Positions 33,396 to 44,561 of a stretch of 64,000 bases of DNA are shown here, piece after piece. Both the position numbers and the translations under genes were made by a program. The notes below the pieces were generated by a model, which saw only the letters and a list, made by a program, of their open reading frames with translations, ran no database searches and had not been told where the DNA came from. The stretch lies in NCBI GenBank assembly GCA_963785725.1, contig CAWAWS010000016.1, forward strand, positions 128,001 to 192,000, given 5' to 3'. The stretch's first letter is position 1. Every line of letters starts with the position of its first letter. Source of the stretch: an uncultured delta proteobacterium. Its GTDB lineage: Bacteria > Myxococcota_A > Polyangia > Palsa-1104.

Positions 33396-34760
33396 ATGCG
33401 GCAGCGAACCGACTATCCCGGCGAACTGGCGAAGCTGCTAAAGCGGCATCTCCGAAGCGCTGCGCTCCCTGACGCTGATGTATTAACGCAGATTCTCGAA
33501 GTTGCATATTTTGCCAGCATGAAGACAGAGGAATCAAAGGCAATTGCATGTTCGCTTTCCTTCGCAGATCCCGAGCGACCGGATCACGATCCTCCGCGAA
33601 AAGTTCGTCATCATAGATGGAGATTCTTCCCAGTTGGCGAGCGATTGCCTTTTAGTGTGCGGAACCTGGTTAAACTCGCACCCGTCGCGCAGTCGGCAGC
33701 CCTTTCAATCGCGATCTTCGCCGACTCGAAGCAGCCGCCGTATATTTGGGGACTTGTGGACCAGGAGATTCATCATCGGCGGTCACGAGTTTTCGAGGCA
33801 GATGGAACCTTTGGTCGGCCTGGTCTGTTCCAAATTGATATTCAAGGGATCGGCCATATTGAGGCCTATTGTGACCTTGAATTTGTCGGTGCTTTGCGAA
33901 CGAACCGGCTCTCTACGCAAAGACTAGACGCATTGCGCACCGGGCCGCTATTCAACTCCCTGTTCGACCGAGCACTTGAAGGTGTGTTCTTTCCAGTAGC
34001 AAAGGAACTGGGCTACCGAAAGCAAGAACTGCTGCCCAGCGGAGATGAGGTCAACGACTTGTTAGTTGAGTCAATCGACTCATGGCTTGGATTGATCTGC
34101 CGAGTGCTGCATCGCATTCAGCGATATCGCCATGGTGGCGCGTTGTTGATAACCCCCGATGCGCGTTCAAGAGAACTTAAGATCAAGCATCGAATAAGAT
34201 ATGATCGACTAACAGACCTTCTCGTGACACGACTCGCTGCTAATAAACGCGCGCGGCGCTTCGGTGACGCTATCGGCGCAGCACTGGAGGACGGAGGTTC
34301 GCCAACCGGATCCCAGTATTACGGCGAACGAGTTGAAGACGGCGAATCGGAGGACGCCGAAACGGCAATCATGGGAGCTGTTGCCTTCGTGGCCGCGCTA
34401 TCACAAATCGACGGACTAGTGCTACTCGGCCCGGGACTTCGGCTACGAGGTTTTGGTGTGGAGATAAGGACGAAGGCGGAACCAGCAGCCATCTTCGCCG
34501 CAGGAGATACGGGCGCGAGCGTCAGAAATCTTCGACGTATAGGTTCGGAGCATTTTGGCACGCGACATCGTTCTATGTTCCGATACTGTGCAGCGAATGA
34601 CGGTGCGGTTGGATTCGTAGTCTCGCAGGATGGCGATATCCGCGCGATCACCAATGTTCGCGGCAAAGTCGTGATGTGGGAAGATCTAAATCTCTACAAT
34701 TACGAGAACGAAGTGTTTGGGAAAGAGGCAATCAGAAATGCCCGCCGACGTAAGCGCTAG
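33396..34760 (+). CDS. Diadenylate-cyclase-like (DisA_N fold) protein with N-terminal putative sensor domain (DACNV-like)
   Basis: FASMKTEE, HGGALLI, IDGLVLL, FGTRHRS, VVSQDG; RBS GGAGGGAG; visibly AT-richer than flanks. Confidence 0.75.
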   Translation: MRQRTDYPGELAKLLKRHLRSAALPDADVLTQILEVAYFASMKTEESKAIACSLSFADPERPDHDPPRKVRHHRWRFFPVGERLPFSVRNLVKLAPVAQSAALSIAIFADSKQPPYIWGLVDQEIHHRRSRVFEADGTFGRPGLFQIDIQGIGHIEAYCDLEFVGALRTNRLSTQRLDALRTGPLFNSLFDRALEGVFFPVAKELGYRKQELLPSGDEVNDLLVESIDSWLGLICRVLHRIQRYRHGGALLITPDARSRELKIKHRIRYDRLTDLLVTRLAANKRARRFGDAIGAALEDGGSPTGSQYYGERVEDGESEDAETAIMGAVAFVAALSQIDGLVLLGPGLRLRGFGVEIRTKAEPAAIFAAGDTGASVRNLRRIGSEHFGTRHRSMFRYCAANDGAVGFVVSQDGDIRAITNVRGKVVMWEDLNLYNYENEVFGKEAIRNARRRKR

Positions 34761-35118
34761 CCAATGCGGTTAGCTTCAACCCGAATGTGGCTCCGCAAGC
34801 GAGCGCAGCTCGGTCGACTAATAGTAAACTGGGTGTAACGGCTGAGATCTATGGCATCGCCCTCGACAACGCAGCCGGTAGCTGGCTACGGAGGCGGCTA
34901 CTTCGACAGGCTCAAGACATTCATCGCCGAGCTGGCGGCGGCCGGCCCGGGGCTGCTCATCTGACTCAATTAACGCCAGGCGCAGGTCGTAGCGGCGTGG
35001 ACGCGCGTTGGCCTCCGCGAGCCGCCTCCGGCGTCCGCGGAGGATTCACGATTGCGCCGGATCACGGCAGACGGCGTTGCGCGATGCATCGCAGCTGCAG
35101 GTATGCGTAGATCGCCTC

Positions 35119-37819
35119 ATGCGCAGGTTCGAGCTGAGCGACGGCACGTCGAACAAGTTCTGGGAGGTCGACGTCGAAGGTGAGGCGCTGACCACACGCT
35201 GGGGTCGCATCGGCACCGCCGGTCAAACCAAGAGCAAGCGCTTCGCCGGCGCCGACAAAGCCAAGGCCGAGCACGATGCGTTGGTGCGCGAGAAGCTGGG
35301 CAAGGGCTACAGCGAGTGTGCGGCAGCGACGGCGCCGCCGGGCACCTCGACGGCAGCGTCGGCGTCGCTCGCAATCGTCGTCGCCGCTGGTAACGCGCCG
35401 GCCGCCGCCACGCCGCTCGCGACGGCCACCGCGACCCAAAGCGCGGCACCCGAGGCTGTATCGGCGCCGCCGGCCACGCCCGCTGCGGCAGAGGCGATTG
35501 CGGCGCCGTCGCTCGTGCCCACGCCGACGCCAATGCCGGCGCCGGCTCCGCCGGTCGCGGCCGTCGACGCCGGCGCGGCGACGGCCCGCCGCGGTGGCGA
35601 CGGCCGATCAGCTGCCGCCGCTCTTGGTGACGCCGCCCTGGCTCGAGACCAAGCCGCGAACGGAGCGCAAGCCGCTGACGATCGCGACGCAGCCGCTGCC
35701 CAATGCCATGGTCTGGCAGCCGGGACAGAAGGAGTCGTGGGCCAAGGCGCATTCGTGGTCCAACTACCTCGCGAACAATCCCGAGGCCGATCACCAACAG
35801 GAGGCGTTGCGCCGGCTGGGCCTCGACGCCGCCCAGCTCGACCCCCAGCGTTCGCCCGAGCAGCTGCGCGCGCTCCTCGTCGAGTCGACCGCGCGCACGC
35901 ACTTCAGTGGCACGTTCTTGACGCGGCTGCCGTCGGACGTGGGGCTGGCGGCGTGGGAAGTGGCGCCCGTGCACGGCCTCCTGCACGGCTACGAGCGGCC
36001 GGAGCGCTTCTTGGCCCAATACGAGCTGCTGGCGCTGCCGGGCCTGGTGCGCTTGGTGACGAGGACGCCGACGGAGACGATCGAGCTCTGCATGCCGTTC
36101 GCCGCGGCGGCGCTGGCGCTGCCGATGGCGCAAGCGCTCGCGAACGTGAAGAAGGCGCGGGCCAGCGCGCTCGGCTGGCTCGTCGCGCATCCCGAGCACG
36201 CTGCCGCCGGCCTCATCCCCTACGCCGTCGCCGACGCCTCGCCGGCCAGCGACGCCGCCGGCGCCGCGCTGCGCCTCTTGGCCGCCAACGGCCACGACGC
36301 GGCCATCGCCCGCGCCGCCGCGCGTTACAACGCCGGCGTCGAGCGCGCCGTGAGCGCCGTGCTCGCCTTCGATCCGCTGCAGCTCGTGCCGGCCAAGCTG
36401 CCCAAGCTGCCGCCGTTCGCGCGTCCGAGCGCGCTGGGCGCGCCGCTCTTGCGCGGCCGGAGCGCCGCCCTGCCCTCGTCCGCCGTCGAGCATTTACTGA
36501 CGGTGCTCTCCTTCTCGCGGCTCGACGCGCCTTACGCCGGCCTGGCCGTGGTGCGGCAGCTGTGCGACCCCGACTCGCTGGCGCAGCTCGCCTGGGATCT
36601 CTTCTCGGCTTGGCTTTTGGCGGGCGCGCCGGCCAAGGAAGTGTGGGCCTTCCACGCGCTCGGCCATTTCGGCGACGACGCCGCCGCGCGCCGGCTGGCC
36701 GCGATGGTGCGCGAATGGCCGGGCGAAGCGGCGCACGCGCGCGCCGTCGTCGGTCTCGACGTGCTGGCCGCCATCGGCACCGACGTGGCGCTGATGCACC
36801 TCAACGGCATCGCGCAGAAGGTCAAGTTCAAGGGCCTGCAGGAGCGGGCGCGCGACCGCATCGGCGCCGTGGCCGCGGCGCGCGGCCTGACCACCGACGA
36901 GCTGGCCGATCGATTGGTGCCCGATCTCGGCCTCGACGAGCGCGGCGCGCTGGTGCTCGACTTCGGGCCGCGCAGCTTCACCGTCGGCTTCGACGAGCTG
37001 CTGCGGCCGTTCGTGCGCGACCCGTCGGGCAAGCTGTTGCCCGATTTGCCCAAGCCCGGCAAGCGCGACGACGCCGAGCGGGCGTCGGCGGCGCAAGCGG
37101 TCTGGAAAGCGCTCAAGAAGGACGTCAAGACGCTGGCCGGTCAGCAGCTCTTGCGCCTCGAGCTCGGCATGTGCGCGCGCCGTCGCTGGACGGCCGAGGT
37201 GTTCCGCCTCTTCTTGGTCGAGCATCCGCTGCTGCAGCACGTCGTGCGGCGCGTCTTGTGGGGCGTGTATGCCGAGGACGGCGCGCTGGCCGGCACCTTT
37301 CGCGTCAGCGAGGACGGCAGCTACGCCGACGCCGGCGACGCGGCGTTCACGCTGCCCGACAGCGCCGTCGTCGGCGTCGTGCACGCGCTCGATCTCGACG
37401 CGGCGGTCGCGGCGCGCTGGGGCCAGCTCTTCGCCGACTACGAGATCCGGCAGCCGTTCACGCAGCTCGGCCGCGAGACGTACACGATCGAAGCCGGCGA
37501 GCGCGACACGCGCAAGCTCGGGCGCATCGCCGGCCTCGAGGTGGCGACCGGCAAGCTGCTCGGGCTCGAGGAGCGCGGCTGGCGGCGCGGCTCGGCGCAG
37601 GACTCCGGCTGCATCTGGTGGATCGAGAAGCAGCTTCCCGGCGGCCACAGCGCGCACTTGACGATGGATCCCGGCTTCGCCGTGGACGCCATCGCCGAAC
37701 ATCCGGAGCAGATCTTGGGCGAGGTCACCATCGAAGAGGCCGGCGTCATGCCGTTCGGCCAGCTCGACCGGATCGTGTTCAGCGAGCTGGTGCGCGATCT
37801 CGAAGCGCTGCGTCGCTAA
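35119..37819 (+). CDS. WGR-domain + DUF4132 (MolR-like) protein, frameshift ~35588
   Basis: KFWEV..RWGRIGTAGQ..KLGKGY; ELADRLVPDLGLD, HPLLQH, ADYEIRQPFTQLGRE. Confidence 0.88.
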
Positions 37820-37880
37820 AGAGGAAGATCCGCCCGCGCAGACGCGACGCCGCCGGCCGAGCGACGCCAGTGGGCGCGCC

Positions 37881-38798
37881 TTACGTGAACAGATCGGTGC
37901 GCGCCGCGACGTAAGCTTTCATGGCGTCGACGAACGCGCGCACCTTCGGCGCCGTCGTGCGCGCGCTCGGCGTGACAACCGAGAACGGGCCCGACGCCGG
38001 TCGAAAGCCGGCTGGCTCGAGGATCGTGATGCCCGGATGCGCGAGGGCCGCGGCGCGCGGGATGATGGAGAGCCCCAGACCGGCGGCGACGAGCTGCGTC
38101 GCCAGCGATTTCGTCGGCACGAGGGCGCGCGGCGCCGCCGGCGTCACCGCCACGGTCGCGCCGCCCTTCGCCGCGACGAAGTGCCAGGTTTGGCGGCGCG
38201 ATCGCCCGCACATGACGATCGCGTGCGCCGCATCGGCGAGGTCGCGCGGGTGGCGCAGCGGCGGAGCTCGCTCCAGATAGCGGGCCGCGCCGGCGAGCAC
38301 CGGCGAGATGCGCCCCAGCCGCACGACGCCGTGCGTGCTGCCGGCGCGGATGGCGCCGACGTGCAGCGCGGCGTCGAAGCCGTCGGCGACGCCGTCGAGC
38401 GGGCCGTCCGTGGCCACGACCTCCACGCGCAGCTCCGGATAGCGCGCGAGCATGTCCGCGAGCACCGTGTGCAGCATGTCGTTGGCCGGCGTCGGAACCG
38501 ACAGGCGCAGGATTCCGCGCGGCGTCTGCCGATGATCGGCGACCACGCGCTCGGCCTCCTCGAGCTCGCTGCGCACGCGACGGCCGCGCACGGCCAGCAG
38601 CTCGCCGACCTCGGTCGCGCGCAGGCGACGCGTCGTGCGCTCGAGCGCGCGCACGCCGAGGCGCCGCTCGAGCGCGGCCACCCGGCGCGACAGCGTCGAC
38701 GGCGGCACGTCGAGCTCGGCGGCGGCGCGCGCGAAGGAGCCGCCGTCGATCACGCGGGCGAGCACCACCAGATCGGGTTCGTCGAGGCGTTCTCCCAT
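37881..38798 (-). CDS. LysR-family transcriptional regulator
   Basis: GSFARAAAELDVPPSTLSRRVAALERRLGVRALERTTR; PKVRAFVD. Confidence 0.93.
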   Translation of the reverse strand: MGERLDEPDLVVLARVIDGGSFARAAAELDVPPSTLSRRVAALERRLGVRALERTTRRLRATEVGELLAVRGRRVRSELEEAERVVADHRQTPRGILRLSVPTPANDMLHTVLADMLARYPELRVEVVATDGPLDGVADGFDAALHVGAIRAGSTHGVVRLGRISPVLAGAARYLERAPPLRHPRDLADAAHAIVMCGRSRRQTWHFVAAKGGATVAVTPAAPRALVPTKSLATQLVAAGLGLSIIPRAAALAHPGITILEPAGFRPASGPFSVVTPSARTTAPKVRAFVDAMKAYVAARTDLFT

Positions 38799-38871
38799 TC
38801 GTGCAGTATCGCACGGCTCAAGTGACGATGCGTGCGTTGCGGCGCGACCGGCTGGGGTCCAAGCTGAGCGC

Positions 38872-39735
38872 ATGACCCAGAACATCCTCATCACCGGCAC
38901 CAGCACCGGCTTCGGCAACCTGAGCGCGCTGGCGCTCGCGCGCCGCGGCCACCGCGTGTTCGCGACGATGCGCGATCCCGACGGCAAGAATCGCGAGCGC
39001 GCCGCCGCCCTGCGCGCCGCCAAGAACGTCGAAGTCCTCGCGCTCGACGTCACCAGCGAAGCGTCGGTCGACGCCGCCGTGGCCGCCGCGCTGCGCTCGG
39101 CCGGCCACCTCGACGCCGTCATCAACAACGCCGTCCAGGCCACCGTCGGCCTCAACGAGACGATCACGCCCGCCCAGCTCCTGCGCCTGCTCGACACCAA
39201 CGTCGTCGGCATCCAGCGCGTGAACCGCGCGGTGCTGCCGGCCATGCGCGAGCGGCGCTCCGGCCTCATCGTTCACGTGTCGAGCTCGCTCGGGCGCATC
39301 TTGATGCCGCTGACGGGGCTGTACGCAGCGTCGAAGTTCGCCGTCGAGGCGCTGGCCGAGACCTACCGCTACGACTTGAAGGGCTGCGGCGTCGAGGTCA
39401 CGATCGTGCAGCCGGGCGCCTATCCAACGGAGCTCGGCAGCGGCGATCCGTACGGCGCCGACCAAGCGCGCGCCAAAGGCTACGGTCCGATGGCCGGCGC
39501 GCTCGACGGATTCGTCGCGTGGGCTCAGTCGATGAAGACCGATCCCAACGCGCCCAACCCGCAGCAGGTGGCCGATGCGCTGGTGGCGCTCGTCGAGAGC
39601 CCGGCCGGTCAGCGGCCGGCGCGCGTCGTCGTCGACGCGACGAACGGCCCGGCCGTGCCGCGGCTCAACGAGGCGCACGCCGAGGTGCAGCGCCAGCTCT
39701 TGCAGACGATGGGGATGGGCGCGCTCGCCGACTGA
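38872..39735 (+). CDS. Short-chain dehydrogenase/reductase
   Basis: ITGTSTGFG, INNA, YAASK; divergent from LysR. Confidence 0.93.
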   Translation: MTQNILITGTSTGFGNLSALALARRGHRVFATMRDPDGKNRERAAALRAAKNVEVLALDVTSEASVDAAVAAALRSAGHLDAVINNAVQATVGLNETITPAQLLRLLDTNVVGIQRVNRAVLPAMRERRSGLIVHVSSSLGRILMPLTGLYAASKFAVEALAETYRYDLKGCGVEVTIVQPGAYPTELGSGDPYGADQARAKGYGPMAGALDGFVAWAQSMKTDPNAPNPQQVADALVALVESPAGQRPARVVVDATNGPAVPRLNEAHAEVQRQLLQTMGMGALAD

Positions 39736-39909
39736 CCGACCGCGATGCGCCGGCTCGTCAGCGCTGCCGTGGTAACGTGGCCGCTCGTGCTTACGATCGG
39801 ACCGCGAGCGCTGCGGCGGACAAGAAGTGCCGCGACCGTCACGTCGACTGAGCGAGCGTTTGCCGGCCCGCAGGTCGCGGCGAACGCAGCCGAAGCGCCT
39901 GGTGTTGAC

Positions 39910-40566
39910 GTGGATCCTGGGTTACAGCGCGGCGCACGAGCGGCGCGCGCCGAGGTCGTCACGGGCGCGCTGCGCGGCTCGGCCCTCGTCGAGCGCTTGC
40001 TGGCGGTGCCGTTCGCCGAGCGCGACGCGTGGCTCGATGCGCTGCTCGGGGTCGACGTCCCGCCGCCGGACGTGCCGGATCTGCCGCAAGGCGTCGTGCC
40101 CTATCTGCCGAGCGGCGTCGCCGAGATCCTGGCGATGGTGCAAGAAGCGCCGGTCGGCGCCGACGACGTGCTCGTCGATCTCGGCTCCGGCCTCGGCCGC
40201 GCGTTGATCCTCGCCCACCTGGTCTCGGGCGCGCGCGCCCACGGCATCGAAATCCAGGCGCCGCTCGTCGCCGGAGCGCGCGCGCACTGCGCCGAGCTCG
40301 GCCTCGGCCGGATCACCTTCACGCACGCCAATGCCGCCGAAGTCGCGCTCGACGGCTCGCGCTTCTTCCTCTACGCGCCCTGCAACGGCGCCCTGCTCGT
40401 GCGGCTGCTCGCACGGCTGCGAGAGGTCGCGCAGCGCCGGCCGATCGTCGTCGGCACGGTCGGCTTCGAGCTCCACGACGTCGCCTGGCTTCAGCCGCGC
40501 GCCTCGAGCTGCTGCGCGCTCATGCTCTACGACTCGCGCGCCTCGTCGCCCGACTCCGGCGACTAG
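39910..40566 (+). CDS. Class I SAM-dependent methyltransferase
   Basis: YLPS, VDLGSGLGR, GIE, FFLYAP; start uncertain. Confidence 0.8.
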   Translation: MDPGLQRGARAARAEVVTGALRGSALVERLLAVPFAERDAWLDALLGVDVPPPDVPDLPQGVVPYLPSGVAEILAMVQEAPVGADDVLVDLGSGLGRALILAHLVSGARAHGIEIQAPLVAGARAHCAELGLGRITFTHANAAEVALDGSRFFLYAPCNGALLVRLLARLREVAQRRPIVVGTVGFELHDVAWLQPRASSCCALMLYDSRASSPDSGD

Positions 40567-40576
40567 CGGCGGGCGC

Positions 40577-42970
40577 TCACTCGCCCTGGCCGGCGGCGCG
40601 GCGCGCGCGGATCGGCTCGGGCTCGGTCGCCGCCGCCACGCGCGAGAAGTCGCCGCTGGCCGAGAGCGCGAAGCGCGGCCAATTCTCCGGCGTGTCGAGG
40701 CTGTCTTCGGGCCGTGTGAACTGCGTCTTCAGAAAGTCGACCATGTCGAGCGGCCCCAGGATTCGGCGCAAGATCGGCTCCAGCTTGGCCGCCGTCTGCT
40801 GCTGCCCCGCGGTCGGCGGCGCCCGTCCATCGAGCTCCAGCCACAGCTGCATCAGCCTGAGCTTCTGCGACTGGTTCACGTAGATTTCGTAGCGGAACAG
40901 CGCCAACAAGAAGGCGCCCGATTGCATCGTCAGCTTGGGCAGGTGCTCGTTGGCCAGCGCCGGCGTCGCCACCACCGCGTCGTAGGCGGCGCGCCCTTCG
41001 GCCAAGATGTGGCGCGTCAACAGCCCCAGGTGGTAGTGGGTCTTGGCGTCGAGCGTCGGCTTGACCTTGCCGAACACCGGCCAGATGCCGCGCTCGAGGA
41101 ACAGCGGCTCGAGGCGCGCCAACAAGAGCGCGCCGTAGCGGCCGGCGATGCGCTCGAAATGGTAGAGCCGCTCGCGTCCGTACTTGGCGCGCAGCTCGGT
41201 CACGATCGCGCCGAGGCCGCTCCAATCGTGATCGCGCTTCGACGTGATGCTGGGCAGAAACTCGTTCCAGAAGCAGGCCACTTCGTCGGCGCCGAAGCCG
41301 TCGGCGTCGACTAGCACCAGCTCGTGCACGCTCTCGCCCGCTTGCGCGCGGCGCATCAGCTTGGCGAGCGACGAGCGGCTCAGCCAGACGCGATCGTCGA
41401 GGTGCCACAGCTCGGGCGGCGGCCAGGCGTGCTCGCCGAAGCCGCCTTGGCGCGTCACCGGGCCCGAATGCGGACCCATGAGCGTCTTCTTCCACCAGCG
41501 CCCGCTCGCGCGCAGCTCGGCGATCGTCGTCGGCTCGAGGATGTAGCTGCGCACGCGCGCCGCGATCGGCGGACCAGGCTTTTGCGGAATCGTCTTGGGA
41601 TCGAACGCCAGGCTCGGCATCCAGCCTTCGACCGCGCGGCGCATGAGGTGCCACGAGCCGCCCGCCTGCACGTGACCGTAGGGATCCCACACACCGACGA
41701 GGTTGCGCAGCACCGTCGCGTCGCTCAGGCCGAAGACGTCGTAGATCAACGCTTGATCGAGCCGCGCGTGGTGCGGCGCGCAGAAGCGCGGCCGCGAGCG
41801 CTCGTGCGTCGGCGAGAAGCGATGGCCGAGCGAATGCCACTCTTGTCCGTCCCACGTGACCTCCATGACCGGCGCGACCTTGATCGGCGGCGACGGCTTG
41901 GACGGAAAGACGCCGTACGAGTGCAGCCAGCGGAAGGGATGCAGGACGCGATAGAGCGTGATCGGCGCGGTGAGAAAACGCGGGCGAATGCGCGTCCAGA
42001 CCGGCCAGTTGAGCCAGGTCATCGTGCAGTAGCTGTTGAACGGGAACGACAGGGCGGCGCCGATCATGTGCAAGAGGATGATCGCGTGCAGCCACAGCGG
42101 ACCCGCGGGCGAGAAGAACTGCGCGAACGAGAACGCCTGCGCCGTCTGCGGATCGAGCCAGCTCAGCGACACGATCATCATGACGAGGCTGAAGTAGCCG
42201 AACGTTCCGCAGAGCCAGATGACCAGCATGAGGAGATCGATCGCCAGCGCCCCGACGTAGCTCAGCCGCGGCACGAAGACGGTGAACGGGATCGGGACCT
42301 CGACGATGAACATGAAATAGAGCGCCAGCTTCAGCGTCCACATGGGCAGCTTCTGCATGAACCAGGCGATGACCGACGGCAGCGGCTGATTGATGAGGAA
42401 GGCTTTGAGGTAGCCCGTGTCTTGCCGCGTGCTGCCGAGGAACTTGAACTTGCCGAAGCCGAGGAGCACGCGAAACAAGAGCAGGCGATAGACCCACGCC
42501 AAGGCCGGGTCCGGCGCGACCACCGCCGTCACGTCGGGCATGAGGTGCAAGGGCGGCAGGAACATCGCGAAGAAGCCGGCCTCGAACATCATCGAGTCCC
42601 ACGGGAACATCAGGTACAAGACGCGATCGAGGGTGAGATAGAGCAGGTAGCAGGCGACGAAGGCCACGCGGCTGTAAGGCCCGCCGACGAAGGCCGCGCC
42701 GGCGGCGAAGAGGCCGAGCCAGGCGAACGAGCCGAGCGCGGCGTCGCTGTTGTGGATCCACGACAGCGTCGGGAAATAGAAGAAGCGGCGCCAGCTCGGA
42801 AAGTCACGGCGCATCCAAGCCAGACGATCGCGCATCGGGAGGTAGCCGCGCGTGCCGGCCATGACGAGCACCTGGTTCGTCATCGAGGCGAACGAGATGA
42901 AATAGACGAGCGCCAAGCCGCGCGACAAGAGGCCCCACACGAGCTCGGGCGCGAGCGACGGCTGCGTCAC
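40577..42970 (-). CDS. Lipase maturation factor (LMF) family membrane protein with long C-terminal extension
   Basis: RGLALVYFISFAS, WDSMMFEAGF, LLFRVLLGFG..K, QPLP, SYGVF, PHHARLD. Confidence 0.82.
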   Translation of the reverse strand: MTQPSLAPELVWGLLSRGLALVYFISFASMTNQVLVMAGTRGYLPMRDRLAWMRRDFPSWRRFFYFPTLSWIHNSDAALGSFAWLGLFAAGAAFVGGPYSRVAFVACYLLYLTLDRVLYLMFPWDSMMFEAGFFAMFLPPLHLMPDVTAVVAPDPALAWVYRLLLFRVLLGFGKFKFLGSTRQDTGYLKAFLINQPLPSVIAWFMQKLPMWTLKLALYFMFIVEVPIPFTVFVPRLSYVGALAIDLLMLVIWLCGTFGYFSLVMMIVSLSWLDPQTAQAFSFAQFFSPAGPLWLHAIILLHMIGAALSFPFNSYCTMTWLNWPVWTRIRPRFLTAPITLYRVLHPFRWLHSYGVFPSKPSPPIKVAPVMEVTWDGQEWHSLGHRFSPTHERSRPRFCAPHHARLDQALIYDVFGLSDATVLRNLVGVWDPYGHVQAGGSWHLMRRAVEGWMPSLAFDPKTIPQKPGPPIAARVRSYILEPTTIAELRASGRWWKKTLMGPHSGPVTRQGGFGEHAWPPPELWHLDDRVWLSRSSLAKLMRRAQAGESVHELVLVDADGFGADEVACFWNEFLPSITSKRDHDWSGLGAIVTELRAKYGRERLYHFERIAGRYGALLLARLEPLFLERGIWPVFGKVKPTLDAKTHYHLGLLTRHILAEGRAAYDAVVATPALANEHLPKLTMQSGAFLLALFRYEIYVNQSQKLRLMQLWLELDGRAPPTAGQQQTAAKLEPILRRILGPLDMVDFLKTQFTRPEDSLDTPENWPRFALSASGDFSRVAAATEPEPIRARRAAGQGE

Positions 42971-43559
42971 GAGCGCCGACCGATCGCGCGCTGGCCGTCG
43001 AGCGGCCGGGCGTCGCCTGCGCACGGTCGCGCCGACGGAGGAAACCTATCGGCGCGCGCTGTTGCCGAACACGCCACCGCCCGTAAGGCCATCAGCAATC
43101 GCATCGGTCGATAGCCCTCCCATTTCGGTCGCACGCAATCGCGACGTTCGACCGCGATGCATCCTAGCAACGTCGGTCTCGTTTGGGCCAAACACGAAGG
43201 GACTTTTTGCGCGGTCGCGGGCCGAAAGAGAAAGACGGTAGAGGATGGAGACTATGGCCGTCGCGACGACGCGCGTTTACCGACGCTTTCGACGCCGCCG
43301 TGGCCACCGTCGCGGCGGTGCGTTGACGCGCGCTCCGTGAGCGCGGTCACGCCGCGCGCGACGCCGCTCGAACAGCGCGTGCGCGACTCTTTGTAACGAA
43401 CTGCGTCGAACCGCCTCTTACCCACAGCAAGGCCGGCAGCCATTCGACCGCACCAGCTCGTGTGTCCCCACTGACTGACGATCGAGGGGCGCCGTCCCTT
43501 GCACTTAAGTCACGCCGCGCGGCGGCGCGATTGCCACCTCATTGCTTAGGAGATTCTCG

Positions 43560-44477
43560 ATGCGCATGGAGAGACTGATCTTGGCGGCCGTGTTCTTCGC
43601 CGGCTGCGGCGGCAGCAGCAACAATCAGAAGGACGCGGGCGCGACGCCCACGCCGGACCTGTCGGTTCCCGACCTCGCCACCGGCACCACGGCCCACCCC
43701 GACCTCGGCGGCGGCGGCGGCAGCGACGGCGGCAGCAGCGTCGGCGAAGACGGCGGCGCGCCCGGCGCCGGCGCCATCCACCTGACCACCAGCGCGACGC
43801 TCGGCGCGTACCTCGTCGACGGCGCCGGCCGCACGCTCTACCTCTTCGGCAGCGACGTGCCCGCCGGCGCCGCGACGCCCGCCGTCAGCAACTGCTTGGC
43901 GCAGTGCCTGCCGTACTGGCCCGTCTTCCACGTCGACACCGTCACCGTCTCCGGCAACCTGTCGGCCAGCGACTTCGCCGAGATCCTGCGCAGCGACGGC
44001 GCCAAGCAGACGACCTACAAAGGCTGGCCGCTCTACTACTTCGCCAGCGACACGGCCGCGGGCGACGTCAATGGCCAGGGCGTCGCCGGCACGTGGTTCG
44101 TCGCCACGCAGCCGTTCTACACGACGATGGTCCGCGCCGACGCCACCGCCGCGCACTTCCTCACCGACGGCGGCGGCCGCTCGCTCTACGTCTTCGCCAG
44201 CGACACCGTCGGCACGTCGACGACGGCGCCCGTCAGCGCCTGCCAGACCGGCGGCTGCGCGACGAACTGGCCCGTCTTCACGCTCGGCCCGACGATCGCG
44301 CCCGGCACGCTCGCCGGCACCGACTTCACGACCTTGACCTGGACCGACGGCACGACGAAGCAGGTCGTCTACAAGGGCCACCCGCTCTATTACTTCAAGG
44401 GCGACGCCGCGGCGCCCGGTGCCGTCGCCGGTCGCGCCGTGCCCAACTGGGCGACGCTCGATCCCACCGCGCCCTAA
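43560..44477 (+). CDS. Lipoprotein with secreted Y-x4-D repeats (COG4315-like)
   Basis: FAGC lipobox; GRTLYLFGSD..C..C..WP and QTTYKGWPLYYF, each twice. Confidence 0.88.
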   Translation: MRMERLILAAVFFAGCGGSSNNQKDAGATPTPDLSVPDLATGTTAHPDLGGGGGSDGGSSVGEDGGAPGAGAIHLTTSATLGAYLVDGAGRTLYLFGSDVPAGAATPAVSNCLAQCLPYWPVFHVDTVTVSGNLSASDFAEILRSDGAKQTTYKGWPLYYFASDTAAGDVNGQGVAGTWFVATQPFYTTMVRADATAAHFLTDGGGRSLYVFASDTVGTSTTAPVSACQTGGCATNWPVFTLGPTIAPGTLAGTDFTTLTWTDGTTKQVVYKGHPLYYFKGDAAAPGAVAGRAVPNWATLDPTAP

Positions 44478-44561
44478 GCGCCTACCACCGTTGCGCAGCG
44501 GGTCGATTATGCGCTAATCCTCCCTCGCCGTTCGCAGTCGATCGATAGGGAGTTGCCGTTC

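Noticed and set aside
43030..43540. Riboswitch/ncRNA or Arg-rich micro-ORF in the long intergenic gap
   Set aside because: No recognisable RNA motif; Arg-rich short ORFs arise by chance at this GC content
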